DNA from: an uncultured Atribacterota bacterium | Lineage (GTDB): Bacteria; Atribacterota; Phoenicimicrobiia; Phoenicimicrobiales; Stramentimicrobiaceae | DNA: 64,000 nucleotides | Assembly: GCA_964428905.1 (NCBI GenBank) | Contig: CAYSAA010000024.1 | Location: 7,418 to 71,417 of the forward strand | Reading direction: 5' to 3' | Shown: positions 40,987 through 53,331 of the stretch, piece by piece | Position numbering within the stretch: the stretch's first letter is position 1 | Layout: each line of letters begins with the position of its first letter | Position numbers and translations under genes: made by a program | The notes under the pieces: model-generated | What the model was told of the DNA's origin: nothing | Database searches by the model: none | The model's input: the letters and a program-made list of their open reading frames with translations, nothing else

Positions 40987-42945
40987 TTATTCTTTCTTGT
41001 TATTTTCTTCGTTTTCTTCCTGGTATTCTGCATCAAACACCTTCTCATCTTTTTGGGAATCCCCTGATTCCTCTGACTGGCTATCTGCAGAAGAAGTGCT
41101 TTCTCCCTGTCCCTGCTGTTTCTCCTGACTGGAAGTTTGTTTATACATCTCCTCAGCCAATTTATGAGAAGAGTTAGTTAGCTTCTCAATACCTGACTTC
41201 ATCTGATCGATATCATCATCCTGCATCGCTTTTCTTAACTGGCTAATATTATCGTTTATTTCATTTTTCATACTATCAGTGATTTTATCACCAGCATCTT
41301 TGATCGTTTTTTCTGTAGTATAGATCAGATTATCAGCCTGATTGTGCAATTCAACTTTTTCCTTTTGTTTAAGATCGTCTTCAGCATATTGCTCAGCTTC
41401 TTTTATCTTTTTCTGTATTTCCTCTTCTGTCAAACCACTGGAGTGTTTTATGGTAATCTTTTGTTCTTTCCCAGTTCCTTTATCCTGTGCTTTAACATTT
41501 AATATACCATTAGCATCAATATCAAAGGATACTTCGATTTGGGGAATACCCCTTGGTGCCGGCGGAATTCCCACCAACTGGAATCGTCCTAAACTGATAT
41601 TATCTTTTGCCATCGGTCGTTCTCCCTGAAGTATATTGATATCGACAGCTGTCTGACTGTCAGTTGCAGTTGAGAATATTTGCTTCCGGGATGCCGGAAT
41701 GGTGGTATTTTTTTCAATCAATTTCGTAAAGACACCTCCCAAAGTTTCAATGCCCAGGGATAGCGGAGTCACTTCTAATAACTGAATATCCTTAACACCC
41801 ACATCTCCTTTAATTTTTCCGGCTTGAATGGCAGCACCCATAGCTACTACTTCATCAGGATTAACACCTTTATGTGGTTCTTTCCCAAATATTTTCTTTA
41901 CAATTTCATGAACTTTGGGCATCCTTGTTTGACCGCCCACCAAAATAACCTCATCAATATCATCAGCTGTTAACTTTGCATCTGCCAGTGCTTTCTTACA
42001 CGGTTCAATTGTTTTTTCTAAAAGGTCATTAGTTAACTGTTCCAGTTTTGCTCTGGTTAAGGTAAAATTTAAATGCTTTGGGCCACTGGCATCAGCAGTA
42101 ATAAAAGGTAAATTAATATCCGTTTCCATTGATGAAGATAATTCACATTTCGCCTTCTCAGAAGCTTCCTTTAATCTTTGTAAAGCCATTTGGTCTTTAC
42201 TTAAATCAATGCCCTGATCCTTCTTAAAACTATCAATAAGCCAGTTGATGACTCGTTGGTCAAAGTCATCACCTCCCAGGAAAGTATCTCCGTTGGTCGA
42301 TTTGACTTCAAAGAGACCTTCGTCTAAGTCCAGAATTGAAATGTCGAAGGTTCCGCCTCCCAGGTCAAAGACCGCAATTTTTTCTTTTTTATCTTTTTTA
42401 TCCAAACCATAAGATAGAGATGCAGCTGTGGGCTCATTAATAATTCTAAGTACGTTTAAGCCAGCAATACGCCCGGCTGCTTTGGTTGCTTCCCGCTGAT
42501 TATCATTAAAATAAGCAGGAACAGTAATGACCGCATCTTTTACCTCTTCTCCCAGATGATCCTCCGCAGATTGTTTCAATTTTTGCAAAATCATAGCAGA
42601 AATCTCTTGCGGACTATATTGTTTATCCTTAACTTTAATCATAACATCAGTATGCTCGCCTTCAACAATATCATAAGATAGTACTTTCTTGATTTCCTTT
42701 ACCTCAGAATCATTATACCGTCGGCCAATAAAACGTTTCACCGAATAAATGGTATTTTTGGAATTAGTTACAGCCTGTCTTTTTGCCAATAATCCAACCA
42801 GGCGTTCTCCTTTTTTACTGAAGGCAACCATTGATGGTGTTGTTCTGCTACCTTCTTTGTTTTCTATGACCATAGGTTTGCCACCTTCCATCACAGAAAC
42901 AACCGAATTTGTGGTACCTAAGTCAATGCCAATTGCTTTAGCCAT
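40987..42945 (-). CDS. dnaK: Molecular chaperone DnaK (Hsp70)
   Basis: [18 protein letters not shown] and [11 protein letters not shown] motifs. Acidic C-terminal tail. Confidence 0.98.
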   Translation of the reverse strand: MAKAIGIDLGTTNSVVSVMEGGKPMVIENKEGSRTTPSMVAFSKKGERLVGLLAKRQAVTNSKNTIYSVKRFIGRRYNDSEVKEIKKVLSYDIVEGEHTDVMIKVKDKQYSPQEISAMILQKLKQSAEDHLGEEVKDAVITVPAYFNDNQREATKAAGRIAGLNVLRIINEPTAASLSYGLDKKDKKEKIAVFDLGGGTFDISILDLDEGLFEVKSTNGDTFLGGDDFDQRVINWLIDSFKKDQGIDLSKDQMALQRLKEASEKAKCELSSSMETDINLPFITADASGPKHLNFTLTRAKLEQLTNDLLEKTIEPCKKALADAKLTADDIDEVILVGGQTRMPKVHEIVKKIFGKEPHKGVNPDEVVAMGAAIQAGKIKGDVGVKDIQLLEVTPLSLGIETLGGVFTKLIEKNTTIPASRKQIFSTATDSQTAVDINILQGERPMAKDNISLGRFQLVGIPPAPRGIPQIEVSFDIDANGILNVKAQDKGTGKEQKITIKHSSGLTEEEIQKKIKEAEQYAEDDLKQKEKVELHNQADNLIYTTEKTIKDAGDKITDSMKNEINDNISQLRKAMQDDDIDQMKSGIEKLTNSSHKLAEEMYKQTSSQEKQQGQGESTSSADSQSEESGDSQKDEKVFDAEYQEENEENNKKE

Positions 42946-42959
42946 AATATATTTCCTCC

Positions 42960-43634
42960 TTATATCTCGTCATTATCATTATTTTTATTATTTTTATTAT
43001 CTTGATTGTCGGAAATCTTAGAATCCTTATCTTCTTCACGAGATTCCTTTTTTGATTTTCCTTTGGAAACCTTCACCAGAGAAGGCCTAACAACCTTTGA
43101 TTTCAGATAGTATCCCTTGGTGATTTCTTCCATCACCATATCTTCCGCATATTGATCTGATTCTACCTGCATGATTGCTTCATGGCAATAAGGGTCAAAT
43201 TTCTCTCCCACAGCCATAATCGGTTTTAACCCTTCTTTTTCTAAAATATTCCGGAATTCTTTTAACGTACCCTGAATTCCTTCCTTGATTGTTTCTGGCT
43301 GATGTTCTTTATTATTAGCATAGGAAACAGCCCTTTCCAGATTATCAATAACAGATAAGAGTCTACAGATTAAATCCTGCTTGGCATATTCCATAAATTC
43401 TTGTTTTTTCTTTTCTTCTCGCTTTTTATAATTTTCAAAATCAGCCTGCATTCTTGTTAATTGGTCTTTATAATGTCTTTCACTTTCTTGCATATCTCTA
43501 AGTTTTTTTATAATTTCCCCTAATTCTATTTCCTTTTCTTGCAATTCGTTTTTTTTATCAGTTAGCTCTGCAAGAATGTCCGTTTTTTTCATTTTTTTAT
43601 ATTTTTCTTTCTCCTGGTGGTGAACCATTCTCAA
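42960..43634 (-). CDS. grpE: Nucleotide exchange factor GrpE
   Basis: Coiled-coil N-region, an [12 protein letters not shown] motif and the C-terminal GrpE beta domain ([16 protein letters not shown]). Has an unusual Asn/Asp/Lys-rich tail. Confidence 0.9.
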   Translation of the reverse strand: MRMVHHQEKEKYKKMKKTDILAELTDKKNELQEKEIELGEIIKKLRDMQESERHYKDQLTRMQADFENYKKREEKKKQEFMEYAKQDLICRLLSVIDNLERAVSYANNKEHQPETIKEGIQGTLKEFRNILEKEGLKPIMAVGEKFDPYCHEAIMQVESDQYAEDMVMEEITKGYYLKSKVVRPSLVKVSKGKSKKESREEDKDSKISDNQDNKNNKNNDNDEI

Positions 43635-43768
43635 CCTCCGTCCATATAAGATTTGCCTTTTACAAAAATTTCTCTAAATATATTCTTTAGCACAAAATAA
43701 AATATATTCCTGTAAATTATAATTAAACTCCCGTACTTCTAATACTTATTTTCAATCCTATCAAATCA

Positions 43769-44800
43769 TTATTCAGATAAAATATCACTTAAGCGGTTAG
43801 CAATAAAATTTAAGATAGAAACCGCTTTGGAATAATTCATCCGGGTCGGTCCCAGAACACTGATTGCCCCCATCGGCTTCCCTTTAATAAAATATGCTTT
43901 AGTAATTACGCTGCAATCCTGCATGACTTCTTGTTCCAGTTCACTTCCAATAACAATATCGAAACGTTTGCTTAAAAGAGACTTTTTAATGATTTGTACC
44001 AGGTTTTTTTCTTCTTCAATGAAATCAAAAAGATAATTTAATTTATCTATTTCCTTATTAAACTCTGGCTGCCGAAGCATATAACCCCGGTTTCCTAAAA
44101 ATATTTTTGTCTCATCATCCTGAAAATGGAAACAATTTTCAATCAATTTCCAAATTGATTCCATTGTTCTATACTTAAAATAATACTGGTAAATTTTTTC
44201 TAACATTTCTTCATTGACAATTTCCAGACTTTTACCGTAAAATTCTTTTTTGATAATCCTGGCAATGTCTTCTAAATTCTCTTCAGAAATTTCACAGTTT
44301 GCTTTCATAATTTTCTGAAAGAACAACCCGCTATTGGTAATTAAGGTTACCAGAACACGGTGATTGTCCAATGCAATAAAATGTATATCCTCTAACGTAT
44401 CACTGACCATATTTGTTGCTAAGACTACTCCTAAATTATTTGTCAATCGGGAAACCAATTTAGAGGTAATTATCATCATCTCATTAAAATCTCTTCTGGT
44501 CTTGTATTGTTCTATAACTTCCTGCCTATCTTCTTGACTGAGATTGACAATTTTATTTGACATTAAACGGTTCACATAAAATCGATAACCCTTATCTGTA
44601 GGCACACGCCCGGCAGAAGTGTGCGGTTTTTTTAGAAAACCCAGTTTTTCTAATACCAGCATATCATGACGCACGGTCGCCGAACTAACGTGTAGTCCAT
44701 TCTTTTTTACAATCATTTCTGAACTAATGGGTTCTGCCGTAGTAATATAGCGATGAACTACGGCATTTAAAATAGCTTTCATTCTATCATTTATAACCAT
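43769..44800 (-). CDS. hrcA: Heat-inducible transcription repressor HrcA
   Basis: ATG at 44800 lies 6 nt after GAGGTG. N-terminal winged HTH (RMKAILNAVVHRYITTAEPISS...SSATVRHDM). A CIRCE operator lies immediately upstream. Confidence 0.92.
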   Translation of the reverse strand: MVINDRMKAILNAVVHRYITTAEPISSEMIVKKNGLHVSSATVRHDMLVLEKLGFLKKPHTSAGRVPTDKGYRFYVNRLMSNKIVNLSQEDRQEVIEQYKTRRDFNEMMIITSKLVSRLTNNLGVVLATNMVSDTLEDIHFIALDNHRVLVTLITNSGLFFQKIMKANCEISEENLEDIARIIKKEFYGKSLEIVNEEMLEKIYQYYFKYRTMESIWKLIENCFHFQDDETKIFLGNRGYMLRQPEFNKEIDKLNYLFDFIEEEKNLVQIIKKSLLSKRFDIVIGSELEQEVMQDCSVITKAYFIKGKPMGAISVLGPTRMNYSKAVSILNFIANRLSDILSE

Positions 44801-44815
44801 GATAAACACCTCAAA

Positions 44816-44842
44816 TTAGCACTCTATTGATGAGAGTGCTAA
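44816..44842 (-). promoter_or_regulatory. CIRCE operator (HrcA binding site)
   Basis: TTAGCACTC-N9-GAGTGCTAA is a perfect match to the CIRCE consensus on both arms. It sits between the predicted -10 and the hrcA SD. Confidence 0.9.
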
Positions 44843-44852
44843 TTACTATAAT

Positions 44853-44881
44853 AACATATCACTCACCTCATTATTTGTCAA
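44853..44881 (-). promoter_or_regulatory. Putative sigma-A promoter of the hrcA-grpE-dnaK-dnaJ operon
   Basis: On the minus strand: TTGACA, 17 nt, TATGTT. CIRCE starts about 10 nt downstream of the -10. Confidence 0.5.
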
Positions 44882-44937
44882 GACTTGCAAAAAAATATTA
44901 CAAAAGTCATGATAGATAGTTAGTATGGTCAGCATTT

Positions 44938-46083
44938 TTAATCCAGAAATTCCATAAATGCAATATTGGCCAAGGCTATCCCTTTCTTAGTCAAAAAATA
45001 ATTAGATCCATTGGTATCCAAGAGAGCTTGTTCTCTTAAACGTTTCAGCTGTTCAGAGAATACTTCTTCAATAGGTTTATTAAATTTTACGATAAAATCA
45101 TGCCTGGATAACCCTTCCATCATTCGTAACTTTAAAATTACAGTCTCTGCCATTTTCTCCCTCAATGGCAAAATTTCCTTTGATTGGATTGGTAAAATAC
45201 CATGCTCAAGTAAGTGGATATATTGATTTAAGTTACTGTAATTTTGAAAACGTTTATTTTCAATATATGATGTTGAAGATGCTCCTAATCCTAAATAAGG
45301 TAGATTTTTCCAGTATATCTGATTGTGTATACAACGTTTATCCGGTAATGCAAAATTGGATATCTCGTAATGTTCATAACCGTACCCAGCTAAAAAATCA
45401 ACAGCTTTTTGATACATATCATAAGCAACATCATCTGAAGGGATTTTCAATAAACCATTTTTTATAAGATTTTCAAAGGGTGTCCCCTGTTCAATAGACA
45501 AACTATAGAGAGAGACATGTTCAGGATAAAGTTGCACAATTTTCTCTAAAGTTCTGTTTAAATGCTTTAATGTTTGCCCCGGCAATCCAAACATCACATC
45601 AAGATTAATGTTCTTAAATCCTGCCTCCCTGGCAATACGATAACTATACCAGATATCCTGTTCATTATGAATTCGCCCTATTTTTTGGAGTATTCTGTTA
45701 CTGAAAGATTGCGCACCCAGGCTAAGACGATTTATTCCTGCCTGAAATAAGTTATTTGCCTTTTCCTGATCAAAGGTTGCAGGGTTACTTTCAATCGTAA
45801 TTTCAATAGTTTTATTGATCTTAAAACGGCTGAAACATAATTTTAATATTTCACCAATCTGCTGCCCGCTTAAGATAGTTGGTGTTCCACCTCCCAGATA
45901 GATAGATTGTACGACTATTTCAGGTATTTTTTGACTGTAAATTATAATCTCTTTTTTTAAGGCATTGAGGTAATTTTGCTTCATTAATTCGTTGTTGGGA
46001 ACGATGGAAAAAAAATCACAATAGGGGCATTTGGATTTACAAAAAGGAATATGGATATACAAACCTGTATTCATAAAGTTCAT
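44938..46083 (-). CDS. hemW: Radical SAM heme chaperone HemW (HemN-like, oxygen-independent coproporphyrinogen oxidase family)
   Basis: IPFCKSKCPYCDF (CxxxCxxC) and an HemN_C-like C-terminus. Lies between lepA and hrcA, as in Bacillus. Confidence 0.85.
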   Translation of the reverse strand: MNFMNTGLYIHIPFCKSKCPYCDFFSIVPNNELMKQNYLNALKKEIIIYSQKIPEIVVQSIYLGGGTPTILSGQQIGEILKLCFSRFKINKTIEITIESNPATFDQEKANNLFQAGINRLSLGAQSFSNRILQKIGRIHNEQDIWYSYRIAREAGFKNINLDVMFGLPGQTLKHLNRTLEKIVQLYPEHVSLYSLSIEQGTPFENLIKNGLLKIPSDDVAYDMYQKAVDFLAGYGYEHYEISNFALPDKRCIHNQIYWKNLPYLGLGASSTSYIENKRFQNYSNLNQYIHLLEHGILPIQSKEILPLREKMAETVILKLRMMEGLSRHDFIVKFNKPIEEVFSEQLKRLREQALLDTNGSNYFLTKKGIALANIAFMEFLD

Positions 46084-46098
46084 GGTTATTATAGTATT

Positions 46099-47898
46099 TT
46101 AATCGATTTTCAAAACACTCATAAAGGCTTCTTGCGGTATTTCTACCTTTCCAACTCTTTTCATTCTTTTCTTGCCGGCTTTTTGTTTTTCCAGTAGTTT
46201 TCTTTTTCTGGTAATATCTCCTCCATAGCACTTTGCCAGGACATTTTTCTTTAATGCCTTTACTGTGGAACGGGCAATAATTTTTTGATTGATTTTGGCC
46301 TGTATCGGAACATCAAACATCTGACGGGGAATAACGGTTTTAAGATTGTCTACTAATCTACGAGCCCGATCGTATGCCTTATCTTTGTGACAGATAAAAG
46401 ACAGGTTGTCAACTACATCCTGATTGACCAATAAATCTACTTTGGTTAATGGTGCTGCCTGGTAATCAATAATTTGATAATCCACAGTGGCATACCCCTT
46501 ACTGATTGACTTAATTCGGTCATAAAAATCGAGCATAATTTCATTTAGTGGCAAATGGTAAATCAGACGAGCCCTGTCCTGATCAAGGTATTCTAAATTT
46601 TTAAATAACCCTCTCCTTTCCTGCACTAACTCCATAACCCCGCCAAGGAATAAGCTGGGTAGTACAATGGTTAACTGAATGAATGGTTCTTCTATAAAAT
46701 CAATGGCATTGCTCTCAGGCAAAGATGATGGGTTGTTAATTTCAATGACCTCTTTATTCTTTAGATGAACCCGATATAAAACACTTGGTGTAGTAGCAAT
46801 TAATTGAATCTTGTATTCTCTTTCCAATCGTTCCTGAATAATCTCCATATGCAACAAACCCAGGAAACCACAACGGAAACCAAATCCTAAAGCAGGTGAA
46901 CTTTCTACCGCATAATTAATAGCCGAATCATTCAAACTGAGTTTTTCAAGGGCATATTTTAGGTTATGATAATCATCATTTTCCACAGGATAAAAACTGC
47001 AAAAAACAACCGGAGATACTTTTTTATAACCTGGTAAACGATGTTCTGAAGGATGTTCGGCATCGGTAATGGTATCGCCAACCTTGGTTAGGCTGATATC
47101 TTTAAAACCGGCAGTTAAATAACCTACCTCCCCTACAGAAAGTTGATCAACTTTTTTTCTTTTAAGGCCAAATATGCCTATTTCACTTACTTCGTATGTC
47201 CTTTTATTGGACATAGTCTGGATCTTCATACCTGACCTTACGCTGCCATTGACAATTCTTAAATAAACAATAGAGCCCTGATAGGAGTTATAAACTGAAT
47301 CGAAAATTAAAGCTTGTAACGGTTTTTTATCGCTTCCGCCCGGACAAGGTATATATTGTACAATGGCATCAAGTATCTCCCTGATGCCGGTTCCGTCCTT
47401 GGCACTAGTCATAAAAATCGGGTTTTCTTCCAATCCTTTTATTTTTCTGATTTCTTTTTTTACCCTATCCGGGTTAGCAGTAAGGAGATCAATCTTATTA
47501 ATAACCGGTATAATAGCCAGATGATTTTCTAAAGCCATTTGTACATTGGCAATTGTTTGTGCCTGTACTCCCTGAGCGGCATCCACTACCAACAATGCTC
47601 CTTCACAGGCTGCCAGGCTTCGAGATACCTCATATGAAAAATCTACATGACCCGGAGTATCTATGAGGTTAAAGATATATTGATGTCCGTTATCAACTTT
47701 ATACAATAAACGAACTGCCTTGGATTTAATGGTAATACCTTTTTCTCTTTCTAAATCCATATCATCAAGTACCTGGTCTCTTCTTTCTCTTTGGCTGATT
47801 GTCTCAGTTAGTTCCAAAATCCGATCAGCAAGGGTAGATTTGCCGTGATCAATATGGGCAATAATGGAAAAATTTCGAATTTCTTCTTTTCTAATCAT
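46099..47898 (-). CDS. lepA: Elongation factor 4 (LepA)
   Basis: [23 protein letters not shown] and NKID motifs, plus the LepA-specific C-terminal domain. Confidence 0.96.
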   Translation of the reverse strand: MIRKEEIRNFSIIAHIDHGKSTLADRILELTETISQRERRDQVLDDMDLEREKGITIKSKAVRLLYKVDNGHQYIFNLIDTPGHVDFSYEVSRSLAACEGALLVVDAAQGVQAQTIANVQMALENHLAIIPVINKIDLLTANPDRVKKEIRKIKGLEENPIFMTSAKDGTGIREILDAIVQYIPCPGGSDKKPLQALIFDSVYNSYQGSIVYLRIVNGSVRSGMKIQTMSNKRTYEVSEIGIFGLKRKKVDQLSVGEVGYLTAGFKDISLTKVGDTITDAEHPSEHRLPGYKKVSPVVFCSFYPVENDDYHNLKYALEKLSLNDSAINYAVESSPALGFGFRCGFLGLLHMEIIQERLEREYKIQLIATTPSVLYRVHLKNKEVIEINNPSSLPESNAIDFIEEPFIQLTIVLPSLFLGGVMELVQERRGLFKNLEYLDQDRARLIYHLPLNEIMLDFYDRIKSISKGYATVDYQIIDYQAAPLTKVDLLVNQDVVDNLSFICHKDKAYDRARRLVDNLKTVIPRQMFDVPIQAKINQKIIARSTVKALKKNVLAKCYGGDITRKRKLLEKQKAGKKRMKRVGKVEIPQEAFMSVLKID

Positions 47899-49483
47899 TT
47901 TCGCTCTCTTCCCTCAATTTTCCCTTCATCAATTTTTTTATTAATTGTCTAGCATTTTGAAATTCCGGGATACCCATCATTATACCACTAAAGTAATAAA
48001 CCATTAATCCCAATATGACCGATATCGTAACCTGACCAACCTGAATTATTTTAACATTCAGGTCAAGGATAGAGCCAAAATATTGAGCAACAATCCAACA
48101 AACAATACCCATCAAGATAGAAGCTGAGCATATTTTCCAGAAAAATTTGGATAGCCCTGCTAAAAATATGCCATTTACTTTCTTATTCAGGGAAATACTC
48201 AAAATAGTCAAATGCAGGAGAGCAGCAATTGATGTTGCCAGGGCTATTCCGGCATGGGCTAAATAACGTACCAGAACAAGATCTAATACAATGTTAAAGA
48301 TAACCACAAAAATACCGATTCTAAGTGGAGTGCGAGTATCTTTCAATGCATAAAAGGTACTAATTACCAATCTCAATGTAGCAGTGGCAAATAACCCAAT
48401 GGTATAACAGACCAGTGCAATTTCGGTCATATTGGTATCCTGAGAACTGAATAAACCATGTTCGTAAAACAGTTTGATAATAGGATGGCTAAGCACAATT
48501 AAACCAATGGTAGAAGGCAAGATAAAGAGAGAAATGATTTTTATTCCAAAAGAAAAGCTGCTTTTCAGTTTATCATACTGCTCTTTAGCAACATGTTGGG
48601 AAAGAGTAGGAAGAATGGCAATAGAAAGAGCAATACCGAATACGCCCAGAGGAAATTGCATCAGTCTATTGGCATAATACAAAGCAGAGATACTGCCATG
48701 TGCCAGATAAGAAGCAATAATCCTGTCAACAACAAAATTGATTTTATCAATTGCCAGGCCAAACATCGCTGGTACCAAAAGATGGAAAAGTATTTTCATT
48801 CCGGGGTCCTGAAAGTTTAAAATCAATTTATAATGAAACCGTTTTTTAACTAATGCAGGGATATGAATTAAAGCTTGTGCTAATCCCCCAATAATAACTC
48901 CCAGGGCTAAACTGTAAATACCCATTTCTGTCGTATAGAATAAGGCAAAACTAATAATGCCAATGTTTAACATGGCTGGTGCAAATGCCGGAATAAAAAA
49001 TTGTCTAAAAGAATTCAAAATAGCCATAAATAATGCTGCAATTGCCGCAAACCCAATATAGGGAAACATGATTTTTGTTAAGCGAATGGTCAATAAATAT
49101 TTCTCCGGCTCAAGTTTAAACCCACTGGCAACAATATTAACAATCAAGGGTGCCCCCCAGATACCCAACAAAATAATAGTAGTAAGGGTAATAATCAAAA
49201 TATTCAGAACATTACTGGCAAAGGCATCGGATTTTTTCCTATCATCATATGCCAGGTAATCTGAAAAAACTGGTATAAAAGTAGTATTCAAAGCCCCTTC
49301 CCCCAGGAAGCTTCTTAATAAATTGGGTATCATGAATGCTACAAAAAAAGCATCTGTCTCAATGCCTGCCCCAAATTGGTTGGAGATAACTATCTCTCTA
49401 CCCAATCCCAATATTCGGCATAAAAGTGTTGCAATCATTACAATCCCGGTATATTTGGCTACTCGAACATTACTACTTGTCAT
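47891..49483 (-). CDS. murJ: Lipid II flippase MurJ (MviN family)
   Basis: Polytopic profile of about 14 TM helices with an N-terminal MurJ-type motif ([20 protein letters not shown]). 8-nt overlap with lepA. Confidence 0.88.
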   Translation of the reverse strand: MTSSNVRVAKYTGIVMIATLLCRILGLGREIVISNQFGAGIETDAFFVAFMIPNLLRSFLGEGALNTTFIPVFSDYLAYDDRKKSDAFASNVLNILIITLTTIILLGIWGAPLIVNIVASGFKLEPEKYLLTIRLTKIMFPYIGFAAIAALFMAILNSFRQFFIPAFAPAMLNIGIISFALFYTTEMGIYSLALGVIIGGLAQALIHIPALVKKRFHYKLILNFQDPGMKILFHLLVPAMFGLAIDKINFVVDRIIASYLAHGSISALYYANRLMQFPLGVFGIALSIAILPTLSQHVAKEQYDKLKSSFSFGIKIISLFILPSTIGLIVLSHPIIKLFYEHGLFSSQDTNMTEIALVCYTIGLFATATLRLVISTFYALKDTRTPLRIGIFVVIFNIVLDLVLVRYLAHAGIALATSIAALLHLTILSISLNKKVNGIFLAGLSKFFWKICSASILMGIVCWIVAQYFGSILDLNVKIIQVGQVTISVILGLMVYYFSGIMMGIPEFQNARQLIKKLMKGKLREESEND

Positions 49484-49532
49484 TCTTTAAAACCCCAAAA
49501 TATTGTTATATAAAATAGCTTTTTATAACTGC

Positions 49533-49561
49533 TTGCTTTTAATTTTAAAAGATGTTAAAAT
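49533..49561 (+). promoter_or_regulatory. Putative sigma-A promoter of rpsT with an extended -10
   Basis: TTGCTT, 17 nt, TAAAAT, with TGT immediately upstream of the -10. It overlaps the tracked ATG at 49552, which argues for the 49597 start. Confidence 0.45.
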
Positions 49562-49596
49562 TTACCAGCAAAATTATTTTCAGAAAGGATATTAAC

Positions 49597-49902
49597 ATGC
49601 CTATTATCAAATCAGCCATTAAAAGGGTGAAAATATCAGAAAAACAACATCAAAGGAATTCTGCTTATAAATCAAAAGTTAAAACATTAATTAAAAAATA
49701 TGATAATTCACTTGCCAGTGAAAATCTGGAAGATGCCAATCAATACTATCATCAATGTATCTCTATTTTGGACAAAGCTGCGCAAAAAGGTATTCTGGCC
49801 AAAAATACTGTTGCCAGAAAGAAGTCTTTGTTATCAAAGAAACTTCTGCTTCTCAGCCAAAACAAGCAGGCAAAAAATACCAAGAGTGATGAAAAGAAAT
49901 AA
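49597..49902 (+). CDS. rpsT: 30S ribosomal protein S20
   Basis: ATG at 49597 lies 6 nt after AAAGGA and gives MPIIKSAIKRVKISEKQHQRN, a typical S20 N-terminus. It is the only plus-strand gene in the right-hand 52 kb. Confidence 0.9.
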   Translation: MPIIKSAIKRVKISEKQHQRNSAYKSKVKTLIKKYDNSLASENLEDANQYYHQCISILDKAAQKGILAKNTVARKKSLLSKKLLLLSQNKQAKNTKSDEKK

Positions 49903-49915
49903 AGAAAACCGTGTG

Positions 49916-50932
49916 TTACCCTGTTATTTTTATTACTAATTGTTCCAACACGATAACAGGATCAAAATATCCTGTTTTTAATTTTATTTCGGCCTCGAGT
50001 AAATATCGAAAAGCACTTTTCAATTCATCTAAATGATACTTTTGCGACTGATTAATTAATTTATTTATAACAAAAGAAGGGAGATGTAATTCTCCCTTTA
50101 TTATTTTTTGATCATTGTGATATCGCTTTGCTTGTAAAATTAACTTAATCTGACGGCTTATCATAGCCAATAATGGCAGCACATGATATTCACTTTCTTC
50201 TAATTTTTTAAGCAGACTCAAGGCTAACTGTGTTTTTTTTTCACCTATTGCATCTACAAAATCAAAGATATTACCGGCTACCGCACCATAAAAATTATTG
50301 ATCACATCCTCTTTGTTTATCCTGGAGGAATCCTCACCTAAATAACAGAATAATTTTTCTATTTCATTATTTATCTGCCCCAAATTATTATCAGTTAATC
50401 TTTGAAGATAATAGATTGCCTCAGGGGACATTTCTTTGTTATTCTCTCTACATTTCAGGTTAACCCATTGTTTAGTCTGAAATAATTTCGGTTTTTGGAA
50501 AGAAACAATGACTCCATATTGCTTAATTTTATTTAAAGATATATTCGTGGGGATCTGTTTATTAAGACTAAATAAAAGAACAATTAAATTATCGTCCTTA
50601 TAGGAAAGGTCGTTTATAAGAGAGTCCATTTTATAAGCTGAAGAAGTCTTTATTTTATCTACCTGTTTGACAATGATACATTGTTTTTCAGCGCCAAGTG
50701 GTAATGTGTTCAGGGAATTGGCCAAACGGCTAAAATCAATACTTTCTCCATAAAAGGTTTCGTAATTTACATAGCAATTATCTTTCTGAAAGCGGTCTTT
50801 AAAATCACCAAGGATAATATTTTGAAGATAACTTTCTTCCCCGAACATCAGATAGATGGGTTGAAGTGGTTTGTTCTCGGCTATTAATTTCTGCAACTGA
50901 AAAAAATCAAGTGTCACATATTTTGTGGTCAT
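49916..50932 (-). CDS. holA: DNA polymerase III subunit delta
   Basis: About 338 aa with an IYLMFGEESYL N-terminal motif. Conserved position after comEC and opposite rpsT. Confidence 0.78.
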   Translation of the reverse strand: MTTKYVTLDFFQLQKLIAENKPLQPIYLMFGEESYLQNIILGDFKDRFQKDNCYVNYETFYGESIDFSRLANSLNTLPLGAEKQCIIVKQVDKIKTSSAYKMDSLINDLSYKDDNLIVLLFSLNKQIPTNISLNKIKQYGVIVSFQKPKLFQTKQWVNLKCRENNKEMSPEAIYYLQRLTDNNLGQINNEIEKLFCYLGEDSSRINKEDVINNFYGAVAGNIFDFVDAIGEKKTQLALSLLKKLEESEYHVLPLLAMISRQIKLILQAKRYHNDQKIIKGELHLPSFVINKLINQSQKYHLDELKSAFRYLLEAEIKLKTGYFDPVIVLEQLVIKITG

Positions 50933-50942
50933 ATTATTTTAT

Positions 50943-53216
50943 TCACCTTAAAGTACTTATATAATATTGTTTCCCATCACTCTTAACAAGAACAGTACCA
51001 TTCAGGTCAGTCCGATAAACTGTCTGACATCCATCTTCTAATCTTTCTATTACCTCATGATGGGGATGTCCAAAATGGTTAGGTCCTACAGAAATCACAG
51101 CTACCTCAGGTTGGACCCTTTTAATAAATGATTCGCTGGTAGAACTATCACTTCCATGATGTGCAACCTTCAATATATCACTTTTTAACAAATCATTCCA
51201 GGGCAATAACTTTATTTCGGTAGCTTCTTCAATATCACCAGTAAACAGAAAATTTGTTTTTTTATAGTGTAATTTTAGCACAAGCGAGTGATTATTAAAA
51301 TCATTTTCATAACCATCAACAATAGGTTGGTCAGGATTGAGAACATAAAACTCAAGATCGGGACTTAGCCGGATGATATCCCCTGCTCTTGTCTGGTAAT
51401 AAGTAATGTTCTCATCTTTCTGGATTAAGGAACGAAAATTAATATATGTCTCATTTTGATTTGCTATTCCACTATCAATTACCAGATTTACCTTCATTTC
51501 CTCTAAAACAGGTAGCAATCCTTCCAGGTGATCCAGATCCGGATGTGTTAAAAATATCAAATCAACCTGGTTGATTCCCTGCCTTCTCAGATAGGGAATC
51601 AGTGTATTTAAACCAACGTCAAAATCATTAAAAGGTGTGCCACCACCGTCAATTAGAATATTTTTTTTGTTGGGAGTTTGTATTAAAATACAATCACCCT
51701 GCCCTACATTGATAAAATGAACGGCCAGTAAGGATGAAGGGGAGATAATAGAAATAAATAAAAAAATAAAAATCAATACACTTATAATCCAGAATTTCTT
51801 CTTTTTTTCCCATAGATTATATTGAGACCAAAAGTGTAATACATAGAAAAAGATAAGAATAATTAGATAATAAAGCACTATCAGGTATATTTCTGGTTGA
51901 GCAATATATTGATAGGCATAAGGTAAGGAAGATAACTTCTGACCTGTCAAAACTAATAATGAAACAAAAGCTATATTTAATGATGCCAGCAATGTCGCCA
52001 CCGGCAGGAGTAGAAATGATAGTAAAATTGAAATCAACGCTAAAATAAGGATAATTCCAATCAATGGTACAATCAAAATATTAGATAAGATACCAATCAA
52101 GGATACTTTATAAAAAAAATAAGCAGATAAAGGGGCCATTCCCAACCAGGCAGACAGGGAAACGGATAAAGATGTATTTAAATGGGATGGCAGAAAAGTT
52201 AGTCTTTCCTCCAGGATAGGAACAAGGAAGATGATGAAGAAGGTAACCACAAACGAAAGTAAAAACCCGGCATCAAAGAGATATAATGGTTGCCACAATA
52301 AAATAATCAGAGCTGCCAGATAAAGATTATTATAAAGGTGATAAGGCCGATTAAAGCATCTGGCAGCAAGAACAATAGCAAACATCAAAGTAGCCCTGCT
52401 TACTGATGGACGAAAACCGGTCATAGCGGCATATCCTGACAGGATAAGAATAATGATAATATATCTGAATACATTATTCCTGCCACCGGCTGGTAATAAA
52501 GAAAGAGCAAAAAACAAGGCCATGGCTAAAATACCCACATGTAAACCGGAAATAGCCAGGATATGCATAACGCCGGCATCCTGAAAAAAATTCAGCCATT
52601 CACCGGATATCTCTGTCCTATCACCGGTTATGATTGCCTTAATTAGTCCTCTTTCAGGAAGTGGATATATTTGTTCAATTTTCTGATTTATTCTGTGTTT
52701 GATTTCCCGGAGAAGGGAAAATGTAGTTATGCTATTCTCATAACCTACAATTTCTACCTGTTCAGTTTCGATACTATCGGTCAAAAAAATCCTTTGCCTT
52801 GCCAGATAACTACGATAATTAAATTCCCCAAAATTACCCGGTAAACTTGGTTTTTCTAAAAAAACATCTGCCTTTATCATATCACCATCTTGAAGAAGCA
52901 GATTATCACCATATATTTTCAACAGTACATATCCTCTAGTCTGGTAACGATTACCCTGATATTGAAAGAAATGTGTATTTAGCAGAATTTCCTGATAGGT
53001 GTTTTCCTGTTTTATTTCTGCTTGATAGACGCTGCCAAAAAGAAACCCCTGTTCACCTGCAAAACGATAAATATTCTGGGAACCATGGGGCTGGATTTGG
53101 TAGGATGAATTAAACATACCAATCATTACAAAAAATAAAAGAAGAAGACTACTATTTATATTCCAGTTCTTCTGATAGGAAAGAAAAATAAGCAGGAAAA
53201 TCGCTAAACAAAACAA
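50943..53216 (-). CDS. comEC: DNA internalisation competence protein ComEC/Rec2 (the true start may be a CTG at 53342)
   Basis: N-terminal TM helices with an OB-like DUF4131 region, a polytopic competence domain and a C-terminal metallo-beta-lactamase domain (HPDLDHLEGL, AHHGS). The frame stays open 160 nt upstream of the first canonical start. Confidence 0.85.
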   Translation of the reverse strand: MFCLAIFLLIFLSYQKNWNINSSLLLLFFVMIGMFNSSYQIQPHGSQNIYRFAGEQGFLFGSVYQAEIKQENTYQEILLNTHFFQYQGNRYQTRGYVLLKIYGDNLLLQDGDMIKADVFLEKPSLPGNFGEFNYRSYLARQRIFLTDSIETEQVEIVGYENSITTFSLLREIKHRINQKIEQIYPLPERGLIKAIITGDRTEISGEWLNFFQDAGVMHILAISGLHVGILAMALFFALSLLPAGGRNNVFRYIIIILILSGYAAMTGFRPSVSRATLMFAIVLAARCFNRPYHLYNNLYLAALIILLWQPLYLFDAGFLLSFVVTFFIIFLVPILEERLTFLPSHLNTSLSVSLSAWLGMAPLSAYFFYKVSLIGILSNILIVPLIGIILILALISILLSFLLLPVATLLASLNIAFVSLLVLTGQKLSSLPYAYQYIAQPEIYLIVLYYLIILIFFYVLHFWSQYNLWEKKKKFWIISVLIFIFLFISIISPSSLLAVHFINVGQGDCILIQTPNKKNILIDGGGTPFNDFDVGLNTLIPYLRRQGINQVDLIFLTHPDLDHLEGLLPVLEEMKVNLVIDSGIANQNETYINFRSLIQKDENITYYQTRAGDIIRLSPDLEFYVLNPDQPIVDGYENDFNNHSLVLKLHYKKTNFLFTGDIEEATEIKLLPWNDLLKSDILKVAHHGSDSSTSESFIKRVQPEVAVISVGPNHFGHPHHEVIERLEDGCQTVYRTDLNGTVLVKSDGKQYYISTLR

Positions 53217-53331
53217 AAATAAGCATTTGTAGTCAAAATATCTGAAAGTATTTTGGAATAAGATCCCAGCAATGTAGCATAATAATACTGAAAGTAGGGG
53301 TTTCTTTAAATAGGATAACGGGTAAACCTGA